Source: Ascidiella aspersa | Taxonomy: Eukaryota | NCBI GenBank assembly: GCA_963924565.1 | Contig: OZ004608.1 | Location: 25,854,001-25,918,000, forward strand | Length of the DNA stretch: 64,000 nt | Reading direction: 5' to 3' | Shown here: in pieces, positions 50,501 to 64,000 of the stretch | How positions within the stretch are numbered: the first letter of the stretch is position 1 | How the letters are laid out: each line of letters begins with the position of its first letter | Translations under genes and position numbers: made by a program | The notes under the pieces: model-generated | Seen by the model: only the letters and a program-made list of their open reading frames with translations | Told to the model about the DNA's origin: nothing | Databases searched by the model: none

Positions 50501-53500
50501 GTGCATCTATGCTTAATTCCAATAAGCTGAGTGACTTTAGCCCACAGCTGCGACGTAAATTGTGGCCCTCTATCGGAGGACATTTCCGAAGGAACGCCAA
50601 AGCGGGCAATCCAATGAAATGCAAATGCACGTGCACACGTTTCTGTTGTAGCGTCAGGCATTGGGACTGCTTCCGGCCACCTGGAAAATCGATCTACAAT
50701 TGTTAGCAAATACCTGTTGCCTTTCGATGTGGGTAGAGGTCCAACGATATCCACGTTGATATGTTGAAATCGAGCTGTTGGAATGGGATAGGTCTTCAAT
50801 GGTGAATGAACATGGCGTTGCACTTTTGCTGTTTGACACTTGATGCATTGTCGGCTCCATTCCTGTATTTCTTTGTTTAAGCCATGCCAAACAAACTTAG
50901 ATGCTATGAGCTTTTGAGTTGCACGAATAGACGGATGGGCTAGACCGTGAACTGCGTCAAAAACTTTTTTCCGCCAAGTTTTTGGTATAATAGGCCGTGG
51001 ACTATCTGTTGAAATGTCACACAAAATAGTTACACTGGACGATCCAATACAAATATCTTCGAGTTTTAATTTTGAAATAGCGGTACGGTAGGCTTGCACT
51101 TCCGGATCCTGCTGTGCTGCTGCTAACTGAAAGTAATCAATGTCAATTAGGTCCTGCTGAACCGAATTAAGAAATACACGAGAAAGTGCATCTGCGACCA
51201 CATTTTGCTTACCTTCTACATGTCTGACGTCTGTAGTATATTCGGAGATCGCAGTAAGGTGGCGTTGTTGTCTCGCAGACCAAGGATCAGCAACTTTTTT
51301 GAAAGCAAAGGTGAGAGGCTTATGATCGGTGTACGCTGTAAATGCTCTTCCTTCGAGAAAGTAGCGAAAATGTCTGACGGACAGGTGCAACGCAAGGAGT
51401 TCGCGATCGAACGCACTGAATCGAGTTTCGGCTGGTCGTAAATGCCTGCTAAAAAATGCAAGTGGCATCCACGTATTGTGAATGTATTGTTCGAGAACTG
51501 CCCCGACAGCTGTTTCGGATGCGTCGACTGTCAAGGCGGTTGGAGCCTGGTGCTGCGGATGAACCAGCGTAGTGGCATGCTCCAGTGCTGCTTTTGCTTT
51601 GTTGAAAGCACTCTGTAGTTCATCAGTCCAAACTATTGTCTTGCTTTTTGTAGACAATGCTTTGTATATCGGGGACATTATTCGTGCGGCAGCTGGAATA
51701 AATCTGTGGTAAAAATTGACCATACCTGCAAATTCTTGTAGTGCTCTAAGTGTTGTTGGTTTTGGAAAGCGACGGATTGTTAAAACTTTGTCTGGAAGTG
51801 GTCTTGCTCCATTGCAGTCGACGCGATGACCAAGGAAATCAATTGTAGACTTTCCAAACGAGCACTTGTTTAGGTTAATAACAAGTCCGTTATCTGCAAG
51901 TCTTTGAAAAATTTGTTTGAGGTGTACGAGGTGCTGCTTTATTGACTTACTGGCAACTAGAATGTCGTCTAGATAAACGAATGCAAAATCAAGCGTTTGA
52001 CAAACTGTATCCATAAGGCGTTGGAACGCTTGTGCGGCGTTTTTTAACCCAAACGGCATACGTAGAAATTCAAACAAACCAAAAGGTGTGATCACCGCAG
52101 TTTTTGCTATATCTGCTTTGGCAACCGGTACTTGATGATAACCTCTTACCAAATCAATTTTAGAAAATACTTTTGCTCCCGCTAAACGTGCGGAGAAATC
52201 CTGAATATGCGGTATAGCATACCTGTCAGGTTGAGTAGCTGCATTCAATCGCCTGTAATCGCCGCAAGGTCTCCAGTCGCCAGATGACTTTGGAACCATA
52301 TGAAGTGGTGACGACCATGGACTAGATGATCTCCTGATTATTCCTAATTCCATCATTTTGCGGCGCGCTTTGCTTTGCGTTGCTGATTGGAATGCTGGCA
52401 AATGATTTAGCATTCAGCAGGCAATTGTGCCGGAGGTCTACTAAGAGAGAATGCGCTCTAAAGAAATCTGCGCCTAAAAGAGGCTTTGCTACAGCGGCTA
52501 CAGTAAAGCGCCAGCAAAATTTACCAGATGCCAGATCTAAACATATGTTTCTCGTTCCATATGTATTTATGTTACTTCCGTTGGCTGCGATAAGTTTGGG
52601 GCCGCTGGATTGCTTCCGTTTTTGAAGAGATGAGGCAGGGTAAACGCTGATTTCCGCTCCTGTGTCGATCAAAAAGTTTCTTGCGGATATTTTGTCCCAT
52701 ACGTAAAACAAATTCCCTCTTTTGCCGACCGCTGAAGTATTTAGTAGCGGCCGGCTGTGTCGTTTCCCTGAAACGAACAAGGTTGCTGACATTTCCTCGC
52801 TTTGTCTTTAAACCTTTCGTGGAAGAAACACAAACCACCGGATTCGTTCCTTTGTATTTTTGTCGTTGAAAACGTTGGCTTCTTCTTGATTTTTGCGATA
52901 GTAAACTGCTGATCATCATTTCGCGCTTGCCACAACATGTCAGCACGTTGAGCCAGAAAGCGAGGATCTTCGAAACTTTCTTTTACCAAAACAACAGGAA
53001 TGTCTTCTGGCATAGTTTGCAGAAAGAGGTATCCGAAAAGAAAGCATGGCACATGGCCAGCCATAAGCGAGAGCATTTCGTCCATAAGCTGCGACGGCTT
53101 GCGATCTCCAAGCTCAGTTATGTGCAAAAGCTTTGCTGCTCGTTCATACTCGGAGAGGCTGAATGTGCTCAGTAATCGCTCCTTTATTGCGTTGTACTTG
53201 TTCCTTTCTGGTGGATCTTCCAATAAATCGATCAGTCTACTTGCGGTATGCTGGTCCAAGGCAAATATGACGTGGAAGTACTTAGTTTCATCGCACGTAA
53301 TTTTTCTTAAGTGAAATTGCGCTTCAGACTGTTGAAACCATACTCGAGGTTGCTCGACCCAAAACGTCGGAAGCTTCAGAGAAACGGCGCTTTGCATGCT
53401 TGAATCTTGAATTTTCAACCATTAAACTCGTCTATAGCCAAGAAATTTCGTTTCTTGGACCGGGGTCACCAAATGTAGTGGCAAGCTTGTATTCGGTCAG

Positions 53501-54381
53501 CGTGTTCTGATGAATGTAAGTAGTTGCCACGTGCGCGACACGCAAACACAAAACACACGAAAAAGGCAAATGCGAACACGTACATAAAAAGGCATAAGAC
53601 ACGCTTCGCTTAACATGCTGCAGGGGCTACAGTATAGATGATAAACTGAACCAGTTTAGTATCAATAACAAGATTATTACGAAAACATACAATCAGTTTT
53701 CTAAAATTCCAAAAAAACACAAATATTTACTTTGGTCCATTAGTCGGACTCTTGTGGGTTGCGAAAATAATGAGAATATTCGAACTCATCTTGATCGTGT
53801 CTACTAATATCATAACAGGAACCTGAACAGTACACACATCTTATTTTTTTATTTAATCCAGTTGCCGTGATGCTGCCAAACATGCAAGCTGGGTACTGCG
53901 TACTACTCTCTATTATTCAAAATCGATGTTGTGTGCCATTGGTAGGAATGTCAAACATCGTGTGAATGCCTGTAAAGGCGATAGCGGAGGAATGATGGCA
54001 CGACAGGTAGCATTACAGCAGTCTCCAATACACAGTTTGCCAACTTTAAGAACAAATATAACTTTTTTGTTTTAAATATAGTTCAACCATTTTATCATTA
54101 TTGAATTTGCTTAATTTGTAGTGGCTATTGCCTACGTATATATTTTGAAAATTGGTTCAAATTCATCATCGTAATTTTACAATCAACTTAATTTCTTCCA
54201 GATCGTCGACACCGAAACAAAACAGTCTTGTTGGGTTCAAGTGGGCATTGTAAGCTGGGGCATGCAGTGTAACAGCACCATGGAAGTAAACGGTATAAAA
54301 CTTCCCATGCCAGGATTCTACACAAAAGTGTCCGTCGTCATGAGTTGGATAAAAAGCACGTTGAAGTCGAATGTCCCTTAA
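41523..54381 (+). CDS. Module B, second copy (WAP-like, 6 CCP, SP2)
   Basis: Exons 41523-41660, 41798-41968, 42326-42496, 42681-42854, 43027-43197, 44227-44394, 44474-44644, 46441-46580, 46729-46843, 47080-47204, 47486-47693, 48642-48777, 53862-54006, 54202-54381. Confidence 0.87.
49888..52792 (-). pseudogene. pol: Frameshifted pol
   Basis: Split into ORFs 52322-52792 and 49888-52413 by loss of the equivalent of 16243-16442. Confidence 0.92.
52741..53397 (-). CDS. gag: Gag, second copy
   Basis: Same as the first copy except I->V. Confidence 0.88.
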   Translation of the reverse strand: MQSAVSLKLPTFWVEQPRVWFQQSEAQFHLRKITCDETKYFHVIFALDQHTASRLIDLLEDPPERNKYNAIKERLLSTFSLSEYERAAKLLHITELGDRKPSQLMDEMLSLMAGHVPCFLFGYLFLQTMPEDIPVVLVKESFEDPRFLAQRADMLWQARNDDQQFTIAKIKKKPTFSTTKIQRNESGGLCFFHERFKDKARKCQQPCSFQGNDTAGRY

Positions 54382-56974
54382 ATCAGGGCTCGGCAAACTT
54401 TTTTGCACTGCGGGTCGGTTTTAAAACGGAAATTTTGTCGCGGGCCGGTTTTAAAAATCAACAAATGTTCGGTAAAGGAAGTTATTACTACTTTTTTCAA
54501 TCACTTATTAAAATGCATACGTTATTTTCGAAAACTTTCATGCCTGAACACCAAAATAATAAATCATTTTATACGCTTGAACATCAAAGAAACATGATAT
54601 TTTAGCCCATTTTTCGATATATTGTACATACGAGGTGTTATATTTTACAATAAGAACTGCATTTTTGGATGTTGCAAACGTGCTATGTAACTTATGTGGT
54701 CACAGCACACTATTGTTTTGAACCTCACGATAGCTTTATACTAATTGTGATGTTTTATCATACAAAATCAACCATGAAATATATCTTTAAATCAGTGATT
54801 CCCAAACTGTGTGCCTCGAGAGATTGCCAAGCGTGCCGCAAAACTTTTTGTAATTTCAGAAAAAAAGTATTTGTATTAACAATAGGCGTACACGCAAGCA
54901 TTTTAGACTTAAATACGCACTATTCATTACATATTATTAATTTTGAGACATTTGCATACCTATAGTTTGTCGTGTGTTAACGGAGATTGTAAAATGACTC
55001 TATTGTTATTCTGTTAAAAGTTGCCGCGAAATAGTTAAGATTTTTTTCGCGTGCAGTGAGCCAAAAAAGTTTGGGAACCACTTAACTGCTTTAAACCAAA
55101 GTCAATATGTTTCCAATAAAAAATACATTGAATTTTTTTCGACTTTTACCCCCTTTCACGTACCGTACAGTTTGGGTTTACATACAAAATACCTAATCTA
55201 GAAACCCTGCTACGGACCGGTAACGAACTCCTCGCACCGGTCCGCGGACCGGCGGTTGCCGACCACTGCCTTAGATCACGACACCGAACATTTCCTTGTT
55301 GAACAAAATATTTTAATTGATCTGTCTGTTGGGTTAGTTGAAGCAAAACCAATCAATACCAACCATTCAGGAACGTGTTTTATTTTTTTTATTTTTAGTT
55401 TGAGTTAATTTACTTATCTACAAATCTAGCTAACAAAATAAATCATTTTTTGTTGTTGTTTTAACGACAATCAGGTGGTAGTCTTACGACGGAAGAAAAC
55501 CTTTTACAGTGACACCAATTATAACACGTTACAAACGGTTTTAAGGAAGAACACGTAACAAACGGTTTTAAGGAAGAACACGTAATAACTCAATATTGGA
55601 CACTGGGAAGAATTTACAGCAAAATATACGAGAAGCTAACATAAAGTCATGCACAGCGTTAAAGTGAGAGATTCAGCCAAAATTAAATCAGGATTTCCGA
55701 ACAAAATGTAATTCAACAAAGCAGCACGAGGCAAAGAAAACAGCTTCAATTGTGACATTACAGAATTTCGACAAACAGAGAAACAAATTGCGCTAATAAA
55801 AACGGACCTTTAGGTGGTTAAAAGTGGACACTCAAAAACAAATGTATTGGAGTTTCAGAAGTTCCGCAAAAACAAGTACGGCACAAAATGTATTAGTTAT
55901 ATTCAGTTGACTGTGACCTAATCTCAACATACAAAGAACAGCAGTTATTTTAGGATTTTTTCCGTATACGTATTGGCCAAATTATAGAAAAAATGACTTT
56001 AATATATATATATTTTTTAATATTGAAACCGGTGATGCAGCCCGTCATTTCACCGGGAGACTATTCCACAGTCGAATTGACTTGCAAACAAACGAGTCAT
56101 TTGGATTTTCGAGCGGATAACGGGCATTGTTAATGGGTAGCGAAACTAGTGGCTATAGGAATGTCTTTAATAAATTTAGGTATGTATGATTGTAAGTAAG
56201 ATGGTCCAATGTGATAAATTAACTTAAAGAATAGTGACAAAGCATGAACATTTCGTCTTAAATGAAGACGAGTTAGACCAAGGTCAAGTATAGGATCTTA
56301 CTGTGTGATGTGGTTCTCTTACACCCTAGAATTAGCTTAGCTGAATCGTATTAAACACTTTCAAGTAAGTCACTGTCGGTATTACTACAATTGTTATCAA
56401 TTATTTCGGCGTGTTCCAGTATTGGAAGAATATGGGCTTTGTAGAAAACAAGGAGTATGTGGCGCGAAACAGTTGTTAAAATTTTACGCAGAATTTTTAA
56501 GGCGGGTACGTGCTTTATGACAAGTATATAAGATATGTTTATGCCAGGATAACGAAGGAGTAAATATAATACCTCATAGGTATTTGTGACTGTCAGCTTC
56601 AGGTTATATTGAACCTTTGAAAGTGATTTTTGGATGGCCAGGACGGTTTTTAGATATTGTGAGCACAGATGTTTTTATTGAATTAAAATTTACTGCCCAG
56701 ATGGATGCCAATTTTTTTTAAGAACTTTTAGAACGTTTGTTAAAGTTTTGTGTGGTACACGGACATTTAAAAGAATAGTATAAAGCTGTGTCATCTGCAA
56801 AAAGTGATACATCTGAAGTTAGATTAGCCGTAATATCATAAACTAGAAATAACAAAGGACCGAATCTGTAGTAATCCTAATCGGAATAAGGAAATCCGTA
56901 GCATATCTTTATACAAATAATATTTTCATCAGTCATTTAATGCAAGTGTTGCTGATGTTGAATTTGTTAAGTCA

Positions 56975-57215
56975 GTTGTGCGAACCGAGGCAGTAGTTTT
57001 GTTTCGAGTGCTCCTATCATAAGCAGATAAACATCCTTGATAAAAACTTTTTTGGTTTCAATTTCAACAAGAGCAAAAAATCTTTGCTCGCAAAGGTATG
57101 TCGTGGGCATGTGATAAGGATGGAAATCGCCTTTTCACTGAGATTTCGGTATTTAGGATTGTTCCAAAAAATAATTTCAGTCAATCTGTTAGAAATTAGT
57201 GCAGTTTCAAGCATA
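56975..57215 (-). pseudogene. hAT (Charlie/Buster) transposase dimerisation-domain remnant; truncated by a 183-bp deletion at ~21235 in the first unit
   Basis: FW...Y..LSEKAISIL then TTYLCEQRFFALVEIETKK after a frameshift. Confidence 0.7.
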
Positions 57216-60200
57216 AAGGTCTACGACAATTAAAGTATCCAAGGGCAGAAAAGTCTGACTTTCAGACCTTGAGGTCGTGGCAATGCACTAATTAGACATT
57301 TAGGTAAACTCCCGGCATAGATAAATTGAAAAAAATGAAAGTGTTTACAAAAGATAAGAAAATATGAGATAGAATTAATAATACTTGACCTACCTTAACT
57401 TAAACGCTATAACATTTAATAATTATTAGAACGCTGGGGGAAAAGCCCAAACTCTGGGGCAGAAGATGTCACACATTAATGTATTGGGACCTAAAGCGTT
57501 TATGTAACTATTAAATCAACGCACAATATTTGAGTTAGGGGGCTGGTTATCGTTTGGGTTCGGGTGGGTCAAGTATTATTAAATTTCATCTTTTTATTCA
57601 GATTTTGTTAAGTTAAATTAGTGAATTTTTTTAAGACAAAGTCTAAAAGTCAGACTTTTTTGATCCTTTGGACAGACCTTTGGCTTAGCACTAATGTCAC
57701 TGATCGAGTGAAAATTAAGTATAGTTTTTAAATGTTTTGAACTCTGCATTTCCAAATATGATGATAGTTTAATAAGTTTACTGGTTAAGTATCTCAAGAT
57801 ACTCTTCGAAATGTGGCTCGCGGAACCAAAATATGTGGCCCACGGTGTGCTTTGGTTTTTGACCCGCAGCACAAATATTCAGTTGCAGGCTTTTGAAATT
57901 GCATCAGGGCATCATGACAACCATATTTTGCTCTAATCCTGGGGTGGACAATTATTTGTAGCCGCGGGCCGCATGAGAAACTTGAAATGTTATGGCGGAC
58001 TTGGTCAAAATTGGATCTAATATACACGCAATATGACGTCAGAAAGCTAACGAATTTGTTATATCACGTTTGGAGTAATGCGAAGATCTGCAATTTAAGT
58101 CGAATTTAAAGAAGGGAACATCGCATTAACTAAATTAGGTTAGAGTTTAGAAAACGTTTGGTATCTCGCTCATCTTTTAAAGACGGAATACTTTCAATGC
58201 GCTAAAAATATTTAGTTTAAGTTTGTTCAAATTTTGTTGGGAGAGTGTCACAGCAGAGGACGCAATTTGTCTGTAAGTTGCCAAAGATAGAAGAGATTCG
58301 CGCAAAACTGCTTGGCGGGACGGGATCAGGCCCGTGGGCCGTATGTTGCCCAAGTCTGCTCTGGTGTGTCACAAACTTTTAATTGAGATATCCTTAAGTT
58401 ACTATTTTGTGCTGACAAACACTAATCGTGTACAGCGAAAACTGCAGATGCTTACTTTAACATCGTTTACGTCGTTTATATCGAATGCCACAAAGTCACG
58501 TCGAAAACAACAGGTTACTACAGGTCAACTGGTTGCACGATAATATAATATAATAGGAATATTACCTCACAATGGTCAAGGGAAGGCGGCAAAGTAACGC
58601 AACTGCTATCAGACAGCTAGTCATCGGCCTATTGTCACGCGTTTTCTGGTACACCCTGTAAACATTCTGGTGCACACTGGGGTGCACGAAACACCCGGTT
58701 GACAAGCACGGGTCTAGATGACGCAACACATTAAAACGTCGAAAGGGGTAATCTCTTGTCAGTGTTTTACTTGTATGACAAACAAAACTATAGGAGGTGA
58801 AAGTGATAACACATTTTTTGAGAGCGTAGAAATAGAGGAGAAATGCTTATTAAATAGATTTGCTCTCTCGTAATCATCGGCTATATGTTCGCCAATATAA
58901 AAAAGTTTGATGACAAATTATTGCTGCTGTAATTATCACAATAAATCAAACGTTGCGTGGCGGACCAAAAAGCTTCACTCGAGATTTGTTCATTACATAC
59001 TTGGTTAGCAAGATGTGATTAATAATAGCAGTGCTGTTTGAAATTATCTTTATGTAAACTGTTTACAAAATTCCGCGCCAAGCTATTTTACGCACCCCTT
59101 AAGTGCGTTCAGCGCCCCCCTAATTATGAAAAGACCCAAAATATACCCTTGAACCTCGCCAACTCCCACAAGGGGGCGGTATCGCCCACGTTGGAAACCT
59201 CTGGTCAAAAATGAATTAATGTATTAGTGGTTCAATCTCCGAACTTGAAGAAAATACGTGGTTATTATGTAAAAACATTGTCAAGGGATTTCTTGGAAAT
59301 ACACGTGCAGAGAATTATATCGAAATTGTTCAGAAGCTATTGTAAAGCTACAAATAACTTGGCTGCAACATGAGAATCAAGGCGCGTTTTTGCATAGCCA
59401 TCTTTCCAGGTCCTAGAAAACGCAATATCTGTTTTAAGGATCAGATAGAGCTGTACAAATGTTTATTTAAAAAACATTGAGTTACTTTCGGTTGCTCCCA
59501 TTCTTAAAACTTTTTATACAATAAACGCATATGTCTTGAATGTTGAACTATTTTGTTGATTCTGAAACAATGTAGTAGGTGCCTACAGTTCAAACAACGT
59601 AACGTGATAGAGAAAACTAATGTCATTTTTAGATTCGGCTCCAAAAGTTAGTCAAACACAATTGCTAGATCAAAAACTGTGTCCCCCTGTGTAATTGTTT
59701 AATAAACTTGTTCTTTTACAATTTTCATAATTTCAACAATTTTTCAAATAACATAGGTAAAACTATACGACTAAGGTAGACTATACTTAAATTGTTACGA
59801 TATGTCTTTATTGGTCTTTAGTTATTTACCTTGCTTTGTTATATATTTAATCACCCATAATATACTTAATAATCCATAATCATCATCAACACTAAAATAC
59901 AGGACATTATGCACCTTTAAAAAAATATTTTTGCCAATTTAGGCCTAATCCGCATAACCTTTTGCTTCGTGCTAGTCTTGTTATAGTAGCATTGTTTTGG
60001 TTCCCTTTAATTTTTAAATTTGTTTTATCGTGTTTTTTATTTTAAATGTTGGATGAATTAAGAAGGTAAAATGTTTGGTTAATTAAACTAGCTTTTATTT
60101 TCTTTCTTTAGGCCAGTAGTTCTTAAACTGGGGGGCGTATGAGGTTCACAAGGGGCGCGAGAAATTGACAAACTCTGTACGAATTATGACTAAACATTAA

Positions 60201-61860
60201 AGCGAAGTGATATTTCCCTCCTACTACTACTCAAATTAAACATTTGGTAAACCAAAAAACAGTTACATCCTTCGCATTTATGCAACTTACCTGGAAATAA
60301 ATTGCTGTTTTGCTTTATGTATTTGATTTTATAACAAGGTGGGGCGCGAGTTTTGTTAAAACTGTAAAAGGGGTGCGTGTCTCAAAAAGTTTAAGAACCA
60401 CTGGTTTAGGCCTTTTCGACATCAATAGAATTTATTTGAAGTCGATTTAAGTTACCTGTTTTATGGCGTGATTTTCAAACTTTATATTTTAAAGTTGTTA
60501 TTCCGCGTCCCACTCAAATATTTGAAATTCATCCCCGGGTTTGTTGTAACATGGGGTCGTTTAAAGAATCTGTCGAGTTTGTCTTAACCATAACCAAACC
60601 GAAACCATGTTTTGTAAGATTGTAAGGAGTCGAACCGTAACTTAATCTAATATGTTGAAAAAACCCAAACCTTAACCCAGCCTAAAATTGTCAGAAAAAC
60701 GGGTTACTCAAGCATGGCGTCACAAATTGTATTTTACAGGGTAAAGCTATGCCATGTTCGAAACTTTTTTAAATAAATGAATATTCATTAAAACTAAACA
60801 AATCGTTCATTTTTTATCAGAAATAATTAAATTAGCTGATTATTCTATAATACGTCACGAAACTTAGATTAAATACGAGTTATGATTCATTAATTATTCT
60901 CTTACGTTTGTTGACTCTTATTTTTAGGTTTAACGCAACTTACATGGTACCCGAACCGAAACTTTATAAATCGGTTTGAAAATAAATTTAGTCTGACCAA
61001 GATGAATCGGATTCCAAAAGAATCTTGAACCCGAACCGAACCTGAATTGAAAAGGAAAACGGGTTGACTCTCTTTTTTTGTGTGTTTTTACCTTTTGCTT
61101 TGTCATGTTTATTGTTAAACTTCTATTGTTACAGTAGCTGAATTAGCAAGCTAAATTTGCCATACGCTTATTCTGGTGGTACTTCGTATTTTCGTGTAGT
61201 TGACACCTTAAACGGAGTACTGTATATTAAGATGATAAAGCTTAAACCTTTTGCGTAGCTTAGCACCCTAAAATGCTTTGTATAGCAGTATAACAAAACC
61301 TTTCCAAGTGATTCGAAAAGGGCAAAATGCCTGTCCGTTTATATTAGAGATCAATGTGTATGAGTTACCAACAAAAGTTTCCAGCGATTACTCCACATAT
61401 TCTTTAAAAAATTATTGAAAACATTAAACAGAGTATTCCAGTTAAATTCATCAGAAAGATTTTGCTATGAAAAATGATCTACCCATGGGTGATTTTTGTA
61501 GCCTATCTGAAGTAAGTATAGTTATACAAATGCCGAATATAACATTACATTTTCAGGGCCGCCTCTATAGAAGCGTAATTCTGCACGAAATAAAAATCCC
61601 AGAAACACGCTAATTTATACTTTTTCTGTTAGTGTAAAGTTAAATAATTTATTGTTAAAAATGCAGTAATGTTTTACTTTAACAAAACATGACAAAACAA
61701 GGCCGCTGAAATTTGCTTGCCTATTTTAACCAGCAACTAATTCCGAAACAATAATCAAATGCGCCGCGGGGCTATTTGTTCAGTAAGGTTAAGTGTACTT
61801 AAGGACCATAGTCGCATAATCAAAATTTTTGTCTAGTAGCGCGTTGGTGAGGAACTCGTA

Positions 61861-63173
61861 ATGCATCTTCAAGTAATTTCTCTTGTGTTTGTGTTGTTGT
61901 TTGACGCTAGTCACTCTACAAGTCAAAGTAATTCTGGTAAGTAGTTAAATAGCTAATACAAAACAATTGTGTTGACGTTGGTTTGATATTTAAAGGTAAG
62001 TGTCTGCCACGAAGCAAAAGTAAAGCTGACGCTGCGGGAAGACCTTGTCGCAAGTTGTGCTACGGACAAGGAGACAAAAGGTGTAAAGGGTCAAAGATTT
62101 GCATTTGTGATCATGAATGTGGGCTTTCGTGCATTAATGAAGGTAATGCTTGTTTTGTAAAGATAAATAGCGAATACATCAAGCTTTCGGATGTTGCCAT
62201 AGAGTTCTTAATTTTGAGTATGCGTCTACAGTAAATAGGTTACATAGCCTATAATTCTCAGCAAAGTACAACTTTTCTTTAGACGAGGGTCAAATTACCT
62301 TTATATTCTTACATAGAAAATTTTTGTTCGTTGCCCCCGGCAATTCCGCATATGAGTCAAATTCGAATTCACCGCGAAACAAATCAAGGTCTGTTATCTA
62401 TTATCAAAAATCCCCCGTATCGCTACAACGATTTAGCAGTCTACGAATGTCTACCGGGTTTCCATCTTCACAACCCCGTGAAGCATATGTGTCATGGAAA
62501 GAGAAACTGGACTAACCTTCGACAATCCCGATGCGTCCGTGAGTATAAATATCGTAGTTTTGAACCGTGTAGTTAGGTTTGAAACAAAACACGAAATACA
62601 AGACCAATTCCTGCTATACAGAGTTGTTATAGTGGTAGTACATGTACTTGACATTACAGGTTCTTGCAAGTCTCGTAACATTTGGAAAGTAATTTCACTC
62701 GGCATAGCTTGTGGTGTGGAGTGTTTGGTAGATCAAGACTGCTCACAAAGCGAGCAATGCTTGTGCGATGGGCACTGTGGGAGATCCTGCACTAATCCAA
62801 GTAAATATATTTTTAGAACCTATACAATAGGTTAAAACAATTCGAAATTGAGAAATAAAATATGTTTTTGGTGCCATTTAATTGTTACTAATCATTATGA
62901 CTGTACTAAACTGAAAAAAAATCTTGAAAAAGTAATAATATTTCGACTGATCATTTTCACTATCTTTCCTGTTTTTGTTTACTTTTATTTTTGTAGACGT
63001 GGATTGCGGATCGGCGGGCATCGTTGCAAATGCCACCATCCGATACACAGGTTCGGGATTGAAAAAAATGGCCCACTACTTCTGTGACAGAGGATTCTAC
63101 TTGTACTATGGTTCGCCCTCGCGAAAGTGCACCGGGTCAGGTATCTACGACGGAAATCTGCCGGTTTGTCGAG
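61861..63173 (+). CDS. 5' part of a third module A copy (signal, WAP, CCP, WAP, CCP); continues beyond the window
   Basis: Exons 61861-61936, 61996-62142, 62317-62538, 62660-62800, 62997-63173. One V->A difference (DAVGR/DAAGR) relative to the 29474 copy. Confidence 0.87.
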
Positions 63174-64000
63174 GTTAGTGTAATTCGCTAATACGGATGC
63201 AAGGGCAAAAGAGCGGCTTTCGTGCACATGTAGTTTCGCTAGATCTATGACTTTCAAGTCAAAAATCGTTTACAAAATGCATAAAAATTGTTAAAATTAC
63301 TCAAACTGTAATGAGCGTTGCTAAGTTGTCATTCATTTAAAAAGATTATTAAAATTTAGTTTTGAATTGCATCGAACAACATTTTAACTGTATTATGTCT
63401 TCAATAGAGCAACGTGAGTTATACGCGTGTCGGCAGATATTGAAATTATTCTATTTGCTATTTTGATAATATACTGCTTGTTATTTTTTTGCAATTATTT
63501 TCTTGATACTACAGTGCTGTTTAAATTACTGTATTCCTTGTAATACGTCAAAATAACTCATATTTTAAGTCAAACAATATTCGCCGTTGACTAATGTGTA
63601 TAGAATTCTTGATCATTTCGTCCCAATGTGCTTTTAGGATAAACAATATTCGCCGTAGGCCACTTAGTTATGACTAATGTGTAGAATTCCTTTGTCTTGT
63701 TTATCATTTCGTTCCAATGCGCTATGTGTGATCTCTGTTATTAACTTCCACGGTATAATACGTCAAAATTACTCACATTTTAGGAGAAACAATATTCGCC
63801 GTAGGCTACTTAGTTATGACTAATGTGTAGAATTCCTTTGTCTTGTTTATCATTTCGTCCCAATGCGCTATATATGCTCTCTGTTATTTACTTCCGCAAC
63901 ACATAAAGGTTGTATTGAAACATTAACCGGCAAAGTAATAATAATCAAAAACAGGTTATTTGGTAAGTGTTACCACAGGAGCCGGTAGAGTAATTACAAG

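Larger units (their letters stand above)
49752..53631 (-). mobile_element. Second copy of the Gypsy element with a 200-bp internal deletion
   Basis: LTRs 49752-49909 and 53474-53631, TSD gtat, same insertion site. 3880 bp versus 4080 bp. Confidence 0.96.
35946..64000 (+). repeat. Tandem segmental duplication, downstream copy (matches 1-31613)
   Basis: 35946 begins atgcaacaaaatttg, identical to position 1. Collinear to the window end apart from the indels described in findings. Confidence 0.97.

Overview
AT-rich, intron-rich animal DNA; an invertebrate chordate such as an ascidian is plausible but inferred. The window is about 1.9 periods of a near-identical head-to-tail array: position 1 matches 35946 (offset 35,945) and 29474 matches 61861 (offset 32,387). 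Each unit carries a + strand complement-type locus whose exons I reconstructed by hand. Module A has 19 exons: signal peptide, WAP-like, CCP, WAP-like, 3x CCP, degenerate vWA and a factor B/C2-type protease (SP1). Module B has 14 exons: WAP-like, 6x CCP and a second protease (SP2). Module B has no convincing start exon, but a phase-1 donor inside the last A exon joins it in frame. This predicts one ~1712-aa, 33-exon double-protease protein (29474-54381) and a ~979-aa short form. Both proteases lack the His-loop disulfide and use AGY serine codons; they differ at S1 (Asp vs Asn). The copies differ at the active sites (SP1 His->Pro in one copy; SP2 FG vs VE). Mobile elements include an intact CsRn1-type Gypsy (second copy has a 200-bp deletion), a polymorphic 3.7-kb CACTG/EnSpm-like insertion, hAT MITEs, a tRNA-derived SINE, and LINE, Penelope, Chapaev and Charlie remnants. 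All splicing is predicted from sequence only.
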